Position numbers and translations under genes: made by a program
In this document: positions 50,231 to 61,654 of the stretch, piece by piece
How positions within the stretch are numbered: position 1 is the stretch's first letter
Layout of the letters: each line of letters opens with the position of its first letter
Assembly (NCBI GenBank): GCA_965645245.1
Contig: OZ287080.1
Coordinates: 1,426,001 to 1,490,000 of the forward strand
From: Massalongia carnosa
Taxonomy: Eukaryota
Direction: 5' to 3'
DNA length: 64,000 bases
Notes under the pieces: generated by a model
Told to the model about the DNA's origin: nothing
The model's database searches: none
What the model saw: only the letters and a program-made list of their open reading frames with translations

Positions 50231-51439
50231 ATGGTGCACCCTAACTATGGGACAAATGCGACGAACTCCCTTAACTCCACTTCCCTGTTTGCCAGCAATG
50301 GGAGTCTAGTGTTGTCGGGTAGTCACTTCACAGACCCGTTGCTTGTAACCCCTATCGTCGTGTCAGGTATTTGCGCCATTGCGTTTATAGCGCTTGCGGT
50401 AATGTCATGGTTATACAAATCCACCACCGGATGGAGCCGACGAGGATTCGTCACTTTGTCATCCCTTTTGGTTACCATGATGGTGTTAGTTCTCTTCCAG
50501 TTTCTATCCTCTAGCGATCTTAAAAAAAGTCCAGCCGAAGACTAATATATTCGCATCTACAGAGGTTTCGTCCGGACGACGAGTGATGGCATCATCCATG
50601 AGTTTCGCCCCAAAGTGCCCAAAGCCTACCTCGCTCTGCCAGCGTTGAAACCGGTGTTCAACAACACCACGGATGTCCTCCTCATCGGCGTCATTTATTT
50701 CGTCGTTAAGAACCGCTTCCGCCACATCAAAAATGACGAGTTCGGCTATGATGTCTGGCAAATGATTCATAAGGGCATCATTTTCCTTCTCGCCCTCCTC
50801 GCCGCTGCAGACACCATCTTCTACATTTACGTTCAAGTAGCCACCCTTGGCCACACGCGCCCCGACGAGACGGTGATCGGCGTGGACAACTACTACCGAA
50901 AAATCCATTTAGCATATACCACCATATACTTTGCCGTCTCCGTCGAGATCATGACGTGCGCTGTATTCATCGCCAAGCGATCCGAGGTGGGACGCACGCG
51001 GAGCCGGGTGCGTAACGCAAAACTCCGCAGGATCCTCCAACAGGAGAAACTAACAAAAAGGTGCACCCAGATCGTAACCTACCTCCTCACCCTCGTCGCC
51101 CCCGCCCTCGCCCTGCGCGCCGCCATGATCTTCGCTATCGCCCTCGGCAACATCTACCTGCAGCACGCCGAGCCGCCCTGGGCCATTGTCATCACCACCG
51201 TGCTGTGGGGCTTCGGCTCCATCGCCATCTACCTTGGGCTCGTGCTCATCCAGAAGCAAAAGGACTGGCCGCTGGATATCGCCTGGTTGCCCGTCGCGCA
51301 GCAGGCGGCCGCGTGGGAGCGGGGCGACGTGGAGACGTTCAAGCAACCCATCGTTTCTTACGATCCGTACCCTTCGCCGCCGCCCGAGCATACCCTGCCG
51401 ATGAGCTACCACGGATACGACCATCGAGAGTATCATTAA
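50231..51439 (+). CDS. Uncharacterised seven-transmembrane integral membrane protein, 3 exons
   Basis: ATG 50231. Introns ~50485-50562 and ~51008-51070 join ORFs 50105-50545 and 50615-51439. Seven hydrophobic segments. The N-terminus carries NAT/NST/NGS sequons. Confidence 0.75.
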
Positions 51440-51864
51440 AGGTTGACGGATGGTACGAGATCCAATCGCTGCATCCTCCCGCCTGGCCGGCAACGGAACA
51501 GGGCATTTTAGAGTTAATTTTATCTTTTGCAATGGATGCCTAACAACGCCCATGGTATAGGAAATGTCAATTTGCCGCTACTCTAGATCCATCAAAACCC
51601 CCCCCCCCCACTCCCGGCAAAAGCAAACTCATCAGCGCTGCCCCCCCCCCGGGGGACAAAGTCTGGAAACCGGATACCACTCCCTCCGGTTCCGCACCGT
51701 CGATAAAACTGGACAAGAGTAAGAGTAAGTGTCAAGATGGCATAGATGGGCGGTAGGAAAGGGATTGATTGTTGGGAGGGGGGGGGGTTATGTCTGGGCT
51801 GTACCGTGGAAAGTTAGGAATGAGGAGCGATAGAGGAGAGTTGAGATTGGGACTTGGGGGTGTA

Positions 51865-52007
51865 GTAGTATAGGGAGGAAAAAGAAAGAGGGAGGGAGGG
51901 AAAAGGGGGTGGGAATAAAATTAATTAGTGATGGTGTAGTATAGGGAGGGAAAAGAAAGAGGGAGGGAGGGAAAAGGGGGGGGGAAATAAAATTAATTAG
52001 TGATGGT
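51865..52007. repeat. Tandem duplication of a ~71-bp purine-rich unit
   Basis: gtagtatagggagg(a/g)aaaagaaagagggagggagggaaaagggg..aataaaattaattagtgatggt at 51865-51935 and 51936-52007. Confidence 0.9.
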
Positions 52008-52290
52008 GAATAGTTTAAATCAACTTAATGAATCAATTTGATCGTGGTGTTTGTTATGTTATGCTATGCTATCGGAAAATAGAAGTTTGAGTATTGGATA
52101 GGGTTGGTAGGTGGTTATTGGTGTAGTGGATGGGAAGAAGGAACCAAGTAAATGATAACCAACCAATTAAAAAAAACAAACTAAAACTGGTTATTTCGCC
52201 AGTCGTTCATTCATATATTTCCGACTCTCTCGGACTAGTTTTCCTTTCCCCCCTTTTCCAGTTCACACCCATCCCACGCATTCCCCTCAT

Positions 52291-53159
52291 TTACTCCCCC
52301 TTTTCCGCCTCCGCCTCCACCTCTCCCTCCACCTCTCCCTCCGCCTCCCCCCACCCCCGACTCCTCCCGCCCCGTTTCCAAACCACGCGCACGCCATCCA
52401 CGCGCAACCCGCGATCGACGCTCTTGCACATATCCACGACCGTCAGCGCGGCGCCGACGACGCCCGCCAGGGCCTCCATCTCGACGCCTGTCTTGGCAGT
52501 CGTGTCTACGCGGACGGAGATGTGGACACCGCCGTGGGGGGGGATCGAGCGGTGGGGGGGTGAGGGAGGTGAGGTTGGGTGAACGGGTGAAGGGAAGGAC
52601 GATAGAGGGGCGGCGTTGTGGCCATCAATGGCCTCGACGGTCACGCTGATACCTTCGACTGGTATGCCGCTGTGGCAGAGCGGGATGAGGTCGCTGGTGC
52701 GCTTGACGGCCATGATGGCGGCGACGCGGGCGACGGCGAGGACGTCCCCTTTCTTGAGGGCGTGCGCGCGGACGAGGGGGAGGGGGGTGGGGTTAGAGAA
52801 GGCGACGTGACCGATTGCGAGGGCGGCGCGGGAGGTGCTGGGTTTGCTGGTGATGGGGATGACGTGGATTGTGGAGGTGGGGGTTAGGTGGGGAAGAGAG
52901 GATGGGAGGGGTTGTGAGGTGGCGGTTGGGGGAGACGGAGTGGGTTTGGATGGAGGCTTGCATGGGGAGGTGGTGGAGTGAGATCGGAGGGAATATGGTG
53001 AATGAGTCGAGGAGAAGACGTGGAACGGGATACTCGTGTGGCGCGATGGTTTAAGGTGGTATGCTAGATGCGTCGCTAGGACTCGTAAAGATGGGGAGGC
53101 TTTTTGGGTAGGAATGTTGAAAGGTGAGCATGCCGGTGGAAGATACGAACATGGTTCAT
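52291..53159 (-). CDS. cnxABC: MoaC-type cyclic pyranopterin monophosphate synthase exon (3' part of the cnxABC/MOCS1 locus)
   Basis: LPHLTP...KPSTSRAALAIG, KKGDVLAVARVAAIMAVKRTSDLIPLCH, TTAKTGVEMEAL, LTVVDMCKSVD, KRGGRS. No in-frame ATG precedes the domain; it is reachable through intron 53160-53266. Confidence 0.88.
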
Positions 53160-53258
53160 CTACTTCAACGATAGAATCAGTAATTAATTCATTGCCAAAC
53201 AATGAACTATTTTCATCATCTCATCAACTAGTACAAATTCAATCTTTTTTAAATAAAC

Positions 53259-54596
53259 CTACCCACCAATCAAGATCATCGGCCGGTTCTTCATATTCTC
53301 TAACTGACCCATCCCTGCATGCTTCTCCTTTTTCCTCTTCACAGCCATGCCGATGACTTCGAGCAGCTCGTGCTCTCTTTGCCCGTACCCCAAAGGGCCC
53401 GTACTGGCCGGCATTGCATGTCGTCGGTCCATTTCAACTCTTTTCATCGCGTCCATTGTAGCTTCGTCAATCGGTTCTCCTCCATTGTCCCTCCGCATCA
53501 GATCTCTCAAGCTGACTTCGGCGTTTCCGAATAAACAGACTTTAAGGTTCCCATCGCTTGTGATTCGTAGTCGATTGCAACTTCCGCAAAAGTTATGCGT
53601 CATACTTGTAATGAATCCAATTTTACCCGCGAAGCCAGGAACTTGAAAAGTTTTGCTGGTATTGTTCTTATGATCATGGACCTTTTGCAGCCCCGGGTAT
53701 TTCACCCGAATCATGTCCAGCATTTCCTGATAACCCAGCATCTTTTCTCGCCTCCATCGGTTCCCTTCAAAAGGCATATATTCGATAAATCGTACTTCAA
53801 TCTCCTTTTCCCTTCCCATTTCTACGAATGGTATAATTTCTCGGTCGTTGTTCCCTCGCATGACCACGCAATTGATTTTTAACTTGATGTTTGCACCGAG
53901 CTTGTTCATCTCCAAGATCCGATCTATACTTTTCACCACAACCTCGAAACCCTTACGTCGAGTCATGAGCTGAAATTGAAAAGGGTCAAGGGTGTCCAGA
54001 CTAATGTTCACTCCCGTCAAGCCCGCGTCAACCATGCTATCGAGCTTTCGATAAAGGGCAATGCCGTTGGTTGTGAGGCATAGCTCTCGAAGACCACTTT
54101 GCCGAAGCTCCCCAAGCGAGTGCATCAAAGGGAGGATGTCTCGCCGTATGGTAGGTTCGCCTCCGGTGAGTCGGATCTTGGTGACGCCTTGGGATACGAA
54201 GAGAGCGGAAAGATAAGAGATCTCCGGAGTGGTGAGAAGATGGGAGGCCGGAGATAGCGGCACACCTTCTTCTGGCATGCAATACGTACAGCGAAGATTG
54301 CAACGTTCTGTGATGCTGATACGGAGATAGTCATGCTGACGGGAGAATGTATCGGTCAGGAAAGAGGAAAACGGTTTGGCTGCGTGAAAGTTCTCTTGAC
54401 GGGTAGGCACCGGAATGTATTGGACGGATCGCGTGTTATTGTGCCGGATGGATGAATTTTCTTCTACAGGCTTGACATTTTGACTCGCCACAGCAGAGTT
54501 CATACGATGGCCGCATTGACCAGATCGACACAATGGAGCCACAAATTTTAGAGCTGCATGTTTCTTGCTGAACGAGTGAGACAGCAAAAGCGCCAT
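53259..54596 (-). CDS. cnxABC: MoaA-type radical-SAM GTP 3',8-cyclase (molybdenum cofactor biosynthesis step 1)
   Basis: YLRISITERCNLRCTYCMP (CxxxCxxC), KIRLTGGEPT, RFIEYMPF, NFCGSCNRLRITSDGNLKVCLF, terminal NRPMILIGG*. The basic, acid-free N-terminus resembles a mitochondrial presequence. Confidence 0.95.
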   Translation of the reverse strand: MALLLSHSFSKKHAALKFVAPLCRSGQCGHRMNSAVASQNVKPVEENSSIRHNNTRSVQYIPVPTRQENFHAAKPFSSFLTDTFSRQHDYLRISITERCNLRCTYCMPEEGVPLSPASHLLTTPEISYLSALFVSQGVTKIRLTGGEPTIRRDILPLMHSLGELRQSGLRELCLTTNGIALYRKLDSMVDAGLTGVNISLDTLDPFQFQLMTRRKGFEVVVKSIDRILEMNKLGANIKLKINCVVMRGNNDREIIPFVEMGREKEIEVRFIEYMPFEGNRWRREKMLGYQEMLDMIRVKYPGLQKVHDHKNNTSKTFQVPGFAGKIGFITSMTHNFCGSCNRLRITSDGNLKVCLFGNAEVSLRDLMRRDNGGEPIDEATMDAMKRVEMDRRHAMPASTGPLGYGQREHELLEVIGMAVKRKKEKHAGMGQLENMKNRPMILIGG

Positions 54597-55233
54597 GATG
54601 CAATGATGGTGGCCAACGGATTGAGCAAATCATGGCTCAAATTTAGAAGACAGAAGACAGGAGTGTTTTCAAGAGAAAGGAGCATTTGGGAGCAACTGAG
54701 ACTTGTACTCCGTACAGTCACAATATTTACTTTACCTTTACCGCTTGCATTCGCTTTGTCATTCCACACCTTATAAAAAGTATCTCCGACATCTCTGACG
54801 ACATCGATCACGTGGAAGAAATTCTGCATGGATAGCTACCCATTTGAGGTTTTTAGATGTTCATTGAGTTGCCGCCTGCAGAAGGACTTCATGATTGCCA
54901 AATTGGCTCTAGTTGGTCATGTTCAATGAAGGTCACGTGAACACAGAATACTCTACGCGCATGGTCACACTTCATGCTTCGCGTACTGCATGGTGCGACT
55001 CCATTGACATGCAAAAACTCACGAGCATGTGCGGAGCATATTTTTCGAATGATGTTATTTATTTAACGAGTGTGCTCGTTAAGCAACACCCTTTGAGTGG
55101 AGTCCAGATCCCCATCACAACTCTGCTGGATATATCAACGGAACGTCTATATGTACATCATTAAGAATTCATCATTGGGAACCCAGCAAGTTAACAAGAA
55201 AGCCATTCTCCCGATAACGCCACGGGGAATATG

Positions 55234-57168
55234 TTAGAAACATGACGTCATAGCAGTGATTCGTTCCGAAGCTGCTTCGAGAATTAAACACAAACGTTCG
55301 AACCTTCCAATATCGGCAACAGAAATCATCCCGCTACCGCTAATTTCATCGTCAACAACGAGCTCAAGGCGACAGAAAGCCTTTTCAGGCGAGATGGTAC
55401 CGAACAACCGTTCTTCCGCTCGAACTGTAGGGGCTGCAGACGGGGTTGGGCAGTTGGCAAAGAGAGCAAATGCAGGATCCATCTCATCCAAGTCATCATC
55501 GTCGTGGGCATCTTCAAGATCCGAGTTAACTTCAACCTTTGTGGAGACCGGCATACATTCAATTACGGGGGTTTCGTTTTTGGATTCCCAAACCGAACCC
55601 ACAAGATTCGAAGATTTACCCGAGAGAATACCGGGGTTGAATTGGTCAACAGCAGGACCTTGAGGAACTTCCGTCACGGTGAAGACTTGGGCCTCATAAA
55701 GGCTAAGATCCATGTTATCTACCCAAGCATTGTTGGTTGAGTCGAAGGCTGAGTAATTGAGGTTGGTCTCGGGCAACAATGCTATTCCAATTTGTGGATC
55801 GGCTTGATGATTTTGTGAATGTGGGGTACTCGAGGAGTGGGGGTTGATATCTTTGCGGGGTTTTATTTGCGGCTCGGATTTAATCGTCGATGATGTTGAC
55901 GATGCAGGCGCCGGCCCAGATGTCGTGACGCCATTGCCGCTCAAATCATTAAGGAAAGTCGAAAAGGCAGGTGATGAGAGAAGCATCCGGGTAAGGTCGG
56001 TAAGGCGAGTGTTTTCGGCCATTAGTTCTTCGTTTTTCACCCTCAAGTCATCTGCTTCTGATGACTTTGCGGCAATTTCTCCCTCCAGTTGTCCAATATA
56101 TTCTACGACAAAATTAGCAAATGGCTATAGCAAAACTACAAAGTGCTTACCCTTTCGTCGAGAACGGAATGCTCTCGCAGAGACTTTGTTCCTCAGCTGG
56201 CGGCGTTCCTTGCTGCTCAACTTTTTCCCTTCTTCGCTTGCAAGCAACCTTTCGTCTTCATCCATATCTTCTTCTTCTTTCCTTATACGTGCGCTATGAG
56301 ACGAACCTCCGTTGGCAAGCGGAGTGGCTCTCTCATCATCGTTTGACGACGCTACGCTGCTGTGTCGCATCTGATTAAGAAGGCGAGATATGCGCTCCTC
56401 AACAATTGGATCTGTCGGAGGACGCGAAGTGCTTCCATTTGAGCGTCGCGATGGTTGAGAGGTCAGCTTCTGCGACTGCTGTGCCAATGCTTGCTGCTTT
56501 TGCTGCTCAGCTTGAGCCTTGGCTATCGCAGCTTGCTGCTGATGAATTCCCGGCCAGACCCGAGCGGTACTACCCTGAAGAGGTTGAATAGGCGTGAGAA
56601 GATCCTCTTGACCGCCTATAGCAGCTGGATCAACATAATCGGTACTCGACGAGTCGATTGACTGCAGGAACATGTCGTGGACTGGAGAACCAAAGTCCAG
56701 ATCCATATCTGAATTGGCACCAAGGGCGGGATTAAGGGTTGGAGCCGTCCCGAAATCAAGGTAATCATCCGTCGTATTCATGCCAAAATAACCATCGACT
56801 GGTGAGACGCCATAGTATTGCTGGCCCCGGCTAAAGGACAAGGAGTCGGCTTGGTTAACAGCCAAAGTGTTAGCCAGGGCCCCGACGGGCAAACCTGCTT
56901 GTTGCTTGTGAAGCTCATACTGATGACTAGGGCCGGCAAAGACCTGTTGACCGCTGGGCTGGCTTGGGAGAAGGGTATTGTTGGAGCTTCCCAATGATGA
57001 ATGCGATGATAGGATGGATTTTGACCGGGTGGAGCTGGGTGAGATCGATGTTGATGATGGAAAGAGAGTTTGATCATAGTTGATGTAACATTCCAGATCC
57101 AGACCCTCCAAGCAACTCGATTGAGATGCCGGCGAGGTTGTCGAACTCTGCGCGGTTGACGCGGCCAT
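55234..57168 (-). CDS. bZIP transcription factor (possible extra 5' micro-exon at 57555-57579)
   Basis: EDERLLASEEGKKLSSKERRQLRNKVSARAFRSRRK|EYIGQLEGEIAAK...LRVKNEELMAENTRLTDLTRMLL. Intron 56103-56150 lies at the end of the basic region. Confidence 0.9.
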
Positions 57169-60100
57169 TATGTGCCTGCTCAAAGTTGACTCAGACACGC
57201 GATGGGGTTGCGTAGGAACTGATCAGGTGTCGAATGTCCACGTCAAGAGTGTTTGCCCACGAGCACGAGGAGCTATGCTTTGGTTTGTATGTTGGAGGGT
57301 CTTTGGGTGTTGCCTGATTTTCTTGCTTTACGGGAGGTTCTCGGCTTTCGGGGTAATATCAAGGCCGCAGCTGAAAACCGGTAAAATTGCGTTACGAGCG
57401 AGTCCACCAGCAATACCACCAATGTCGATGATGATGATGATGATGATGACGATGATGACAATGATGACGAGGAGAGTTGTGGCGATGTCTAATGGTAGAT
57501 GGAGACGTCTTCTTGGTATGGAGTGGAAAGTGTTCAAAAAGAACAGGAGGGAACCCTCAGGCAATATCTGGGTCAACATGGCTCAGCTCCCAAAGAAGGG
57601 TGATAGAGGGAAGGTGTCTCGGTACCTATCTGGAGCTGATTGGGGGGAAGGGGGGGGCTGTGTACGCGGCCCATTTTGCGATGACACCAATCAAAAGGAT
57701 CAGACGGTCCCGCATTGCGTTAACCTCGGACGTCCCCTTGAACGCTCTAACCTAAAGAGGTAGTAAGACCACGAGAGGATTAGCAGTTAGCGTCTGATAT
57801 TCGTCACGGCTTTCTATTCTTTCCGTTTCCTTGGCACTCTCCACGTTTCTAATTCCCAAGTAATCACGAGCACTGTACTCCGTGTAGTACACATAATATG
57901 TATGCTTCTCCGAGGGGCAGTGGGCGTGGCTCTGGTGGCTCAATGCCTTCGCTGCACGTTCCACCGCCACATGGGATGTGGTGAGAAGTATAGCGCATTG
58001 CACACGTACGGACTACAAAGTATCCGTCCACGAGAAAGGGGTGTAATAGAATGCGAATACGTGATGGCTGCTTCATCCTTGGTCGGGGGTGTGCTCATCT
58101 GTCAAGGAGCCACGGTTGCAATGCAAGTCATGACGGAAATGAGACCACGGCAAATCAACCTCTGGGAGTCTCGACAGCGTTCAAGTTGCTGGTTCCCGCC
58201 GATTTCCCGGCATCTTTTCCTGGAATCAAACCGCCCCATCCCTTGAACAAAAGGCCGATTAGATACATCAAGGGTATGAACCAAAACAGCCACCTAGTTG
58301 TAGACATCCCGAGACAACATCAGGCCCGAACATCATGCAAAGCAAAGGCAGTTCAATGAAAGAACGAGCTGGTTGTGCGACCCATTCTGTCGACAAACAT
58401 GCTTGAAGGCAGATGTCTTCTGCACGCACAGCAGGAAACCACCAGAATGAATGAGGCTAGATGAATCCATTTTACGAGCTTGACAGCTGTGGTGGAATAT
58501 TCTGGACGCCTACAAGTGTACGCACCTTGTCCCAGTGGTCGGTTGCTGTCCAGACCCCGTCCAGATCTGTCCAGATGAGAACTTTCAGGCCATTGCTCTG
58601 AGACAAAAAGCACAGCCGCCAACCCGTCGTGGAGACTAGCGCTGAAACCTTATTTCCTCCCATACGTGCATGTACTTTGTAGAAACGGCAGTGTCTCGTG
58701 AAAACCGTTGGAAGCCCACAAAGGCCACAGAATGGAAGTATATCAGCTCTTTGGGGTGAATCCAAACCGCACTTATGGAGACACTCACACGATGCTCACA
58801 CCCGGGTCAGCTCAGTCGAGCGCGGTACGAATACGTAACAGCGGCTTTTTCGCTTTAGCGCCACACCCTTCGGATTTTCATTCTTCCTTGGCTGTGGCTT
58901 TATGATGGCTTGGAGTATGTCCTTGATCACCTAATCTGTACTTCGTATATGTGCGTTGAAAAGATGTAAAGATATGCCGATTCGAAGCACCACTTGTTAC
59001 CTTGTAGTATGGGCTTTCTTTCAGGATCCATCTTGTTCGTATTTCCTTTGCTGCTTTCCGAAGTGGAAGGCAACTCTTACACCAGAGGTCCCACAGGTTC
59101 ATTTGACTGCAGCCCAACTTCACCAATATCCCTGGGCTCAGCAGCTTCTACCGATACGACGTCTGATAAGCAGTTGCTTAGCCCTGTTGAGTCCTGAATT
59201 CATATAGATATGAACACTACTTCATTGTTGCCTGGAGGCTGGAGGAAACACTAACCAGGAGCCTCAATACTACCCTGCGTTTTGTGATTGCTGCAATTAG
59301 ATACAGTCTCGAAGAGAAATCCATCACTATCACGCTAATGAGCCAATTCAATCCTGATAAGGATGTGTTGCCCGTGGCATGCTTAGAGAGTCGGTGTTGA
59401 GCTAATTTAGGCAACATTATTGAATATTCGCATTGCATATTTCTGCATAAGCCGTTCGATGTCTCCTGGATCGAGTATTAAACCAGTTCTAAACTTTACC
59501 AACACAGTTACCCAGGTCTCGGTATGCTAGGAAGCGTTTGACGAAATAATTAGGGGCATGATCCCAGCACATGGATAGAAGGATGGATGTTGTCTGACTC
59601 CTTCTGCCTTCACTTCGATCCACAGAGTGCACGACGTACAAATTTACCTTTGGAACCATTCTGCTATTTTTCAGAGCACAGCATGGTTTATAGCATCATC
59701 TTGAGCTGCATCTTGGCTTCATTCCTGTTAGATGCTCCCACGATGGGGATCATTTTTTTATGCATTGTGATTGGCCTGTTTGCGCTTGATAATCTTCGGT
59801 CAATTTGATAAGCTTAAGTAAAGAAGGGTTCTTTGATAAAAACGAGTGATAGCCTTGAGAGTTATTTGTACAAGAGGCTTTGACGTTTAGACTTCAAACC
59901 TATCTCTCTCTTCATTTCCTTCAAAGTTCTATACTGAACTTATAACAGTAGGTAAGCTATAACTTGTAGGTCGTCGACCTTGTTTGTTATTTCTTTATTT
60001 GAATACGCGTCTGTCCTACATTCGCAGTCTCATTCTCCTTCGTTTCACCTTTTTGATCTACTCATTCTTCCCATTCTACTTGTCCGACCTACTATTTCAA

Positions 60101-60639
60101 ATATTCCGAACCCGCGAAATGCTAGTTCAAGACATATTAAGTCCATCGCTTAGCACTGTTTATGAATAACCCAGTAGCTGCTCTGATTAAGGTTTCTTTT
60201 GACGTCCCTCTAATAAATGACAAGTTAGAGGCGCATGGACGGTCAGCGGTCCATATATAAATAGTCTGGATCCTCCGAGACCAAGAATCCGATGGACAAA
60301 ACGATCATCTACACTCGCCATGTTGCGAAGTCGGCGTCTTGAAAGCCACTTCCATTTCTTTCCGCATTGGGAGCGACCGGAAACCAAATCATTCCACTCT
60401 CGAAAACTCCGTTCTGCTTCCCCTCAACGATCTTCCGCCTCTCCCATTATTCTTTATCATTTGCAAAGCTACTATCGACAATACCAAAAAAGAATTCGTG
60501 GGCTTGCCGATTATATTTCCTACCAACAGCTGCACTTTATTTTCTTTTTGTTTTCTCAAATACTCTTCTTCGCGCCGTGAACAGCCAATAGGGGCCCCAA
60601 CGCGCGACCAAGAGACTTGAGTTTCCTTTCCGTTCTAGG

Positions 60640-61560
60640 TCTACATACCTCCCCACCCATCCACCCATCCACCCATCTATCATCATCATCATCATCATCA
60701 CCGGATCCGTTCCCGTCCGGGACGAGGCTGCCAGACCACTACAGATAGATACTTAAGAGTCTTCCATCCCCCACCTCCCTATCTATTGATCTAGGGGAAT
60801 CCCTTAGCTGACACAGCTACCTAGCCAGCAGCCCTGGAGACTGAGCCAATTTCGGAACCATTCCCCTTCCTTCCTCCCTCTCTCCATCCCACCCTATCGT
60901 TCCCAAAATCGAAAATCCCCTACCTACCTACCTACCTACCTACCTAGCAACCAACTACCGCCGAGCATAACCAATCCCTTCTTTCCTCTCTTCAAGGTGC
61001 GATGTGCTTGTTTGCTTGCTTACTTACTAGCTTGCTAGGCCGTCTGTCCAGTCGGTCGGTCGATCGGTCTATGTATCTTGGGGACAAGGACAGCAAACAG
61101 CAAACAGCAAAGCAAAAGAACAGCACAAGAGCATCCCAAGAACCCCTAATTTCCCAGCTCTCCTAAGCGGGGGTATAAAATACCCACCACCGCATTCTCC
61201 GTCTATGTTCCTACCAGGTATTTAGTTATCCGGCCCGTGCCTGTTTTCCCTCCTCCTCTCCTCTCCCTCCCTCTCTGGAGCACGCTCTCTCTCAGATTCC
61301 TTCCACAGCGCAGTCTAGATGCATGGATGCATGAATGGATTACTCTTCTCCTACCTGCCTACATAGATCATCCATGATACCCTTGTGTGTATATATATGG
61401 AAAACATTGCGTGACTGGTCATGTTTGGGCGTCTTTTGGGCGGTTACGAGAAGGTTTTTAGGTTTTGGGGGGTTGGGGTTGCTGGTTTGTTAGTGGACGG
61501 AACATGGGGCTAAGTGCGCAAATGGTGGATGATTGGTTTGGAGAGGGAGAGAGGGAAATA
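60640..61560. repeat. Low-complexity/microsatellite island ((CCAT)n, (CAT)n, (CCTA)n, (CAGCAAA)n, polypyrimidine)
   Basis: Visible directly. Confidence 0.8.
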
Positions 61561-61654
61561 ATGTTGTTGCATATCAATACTTTCATTTTGCCATTTCATT
61601 TGCTGTCTCCTTTGCTATTTGTCGAACTTTCTAAAATTTACAATTTGCGTATTA

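Noticed and set aside
58300..60620. Many short ORFs upstream of the bZIP gene
   Set aside because: No motifs or consistent exon structure. Treated as intergenic or unrecognisable relic.
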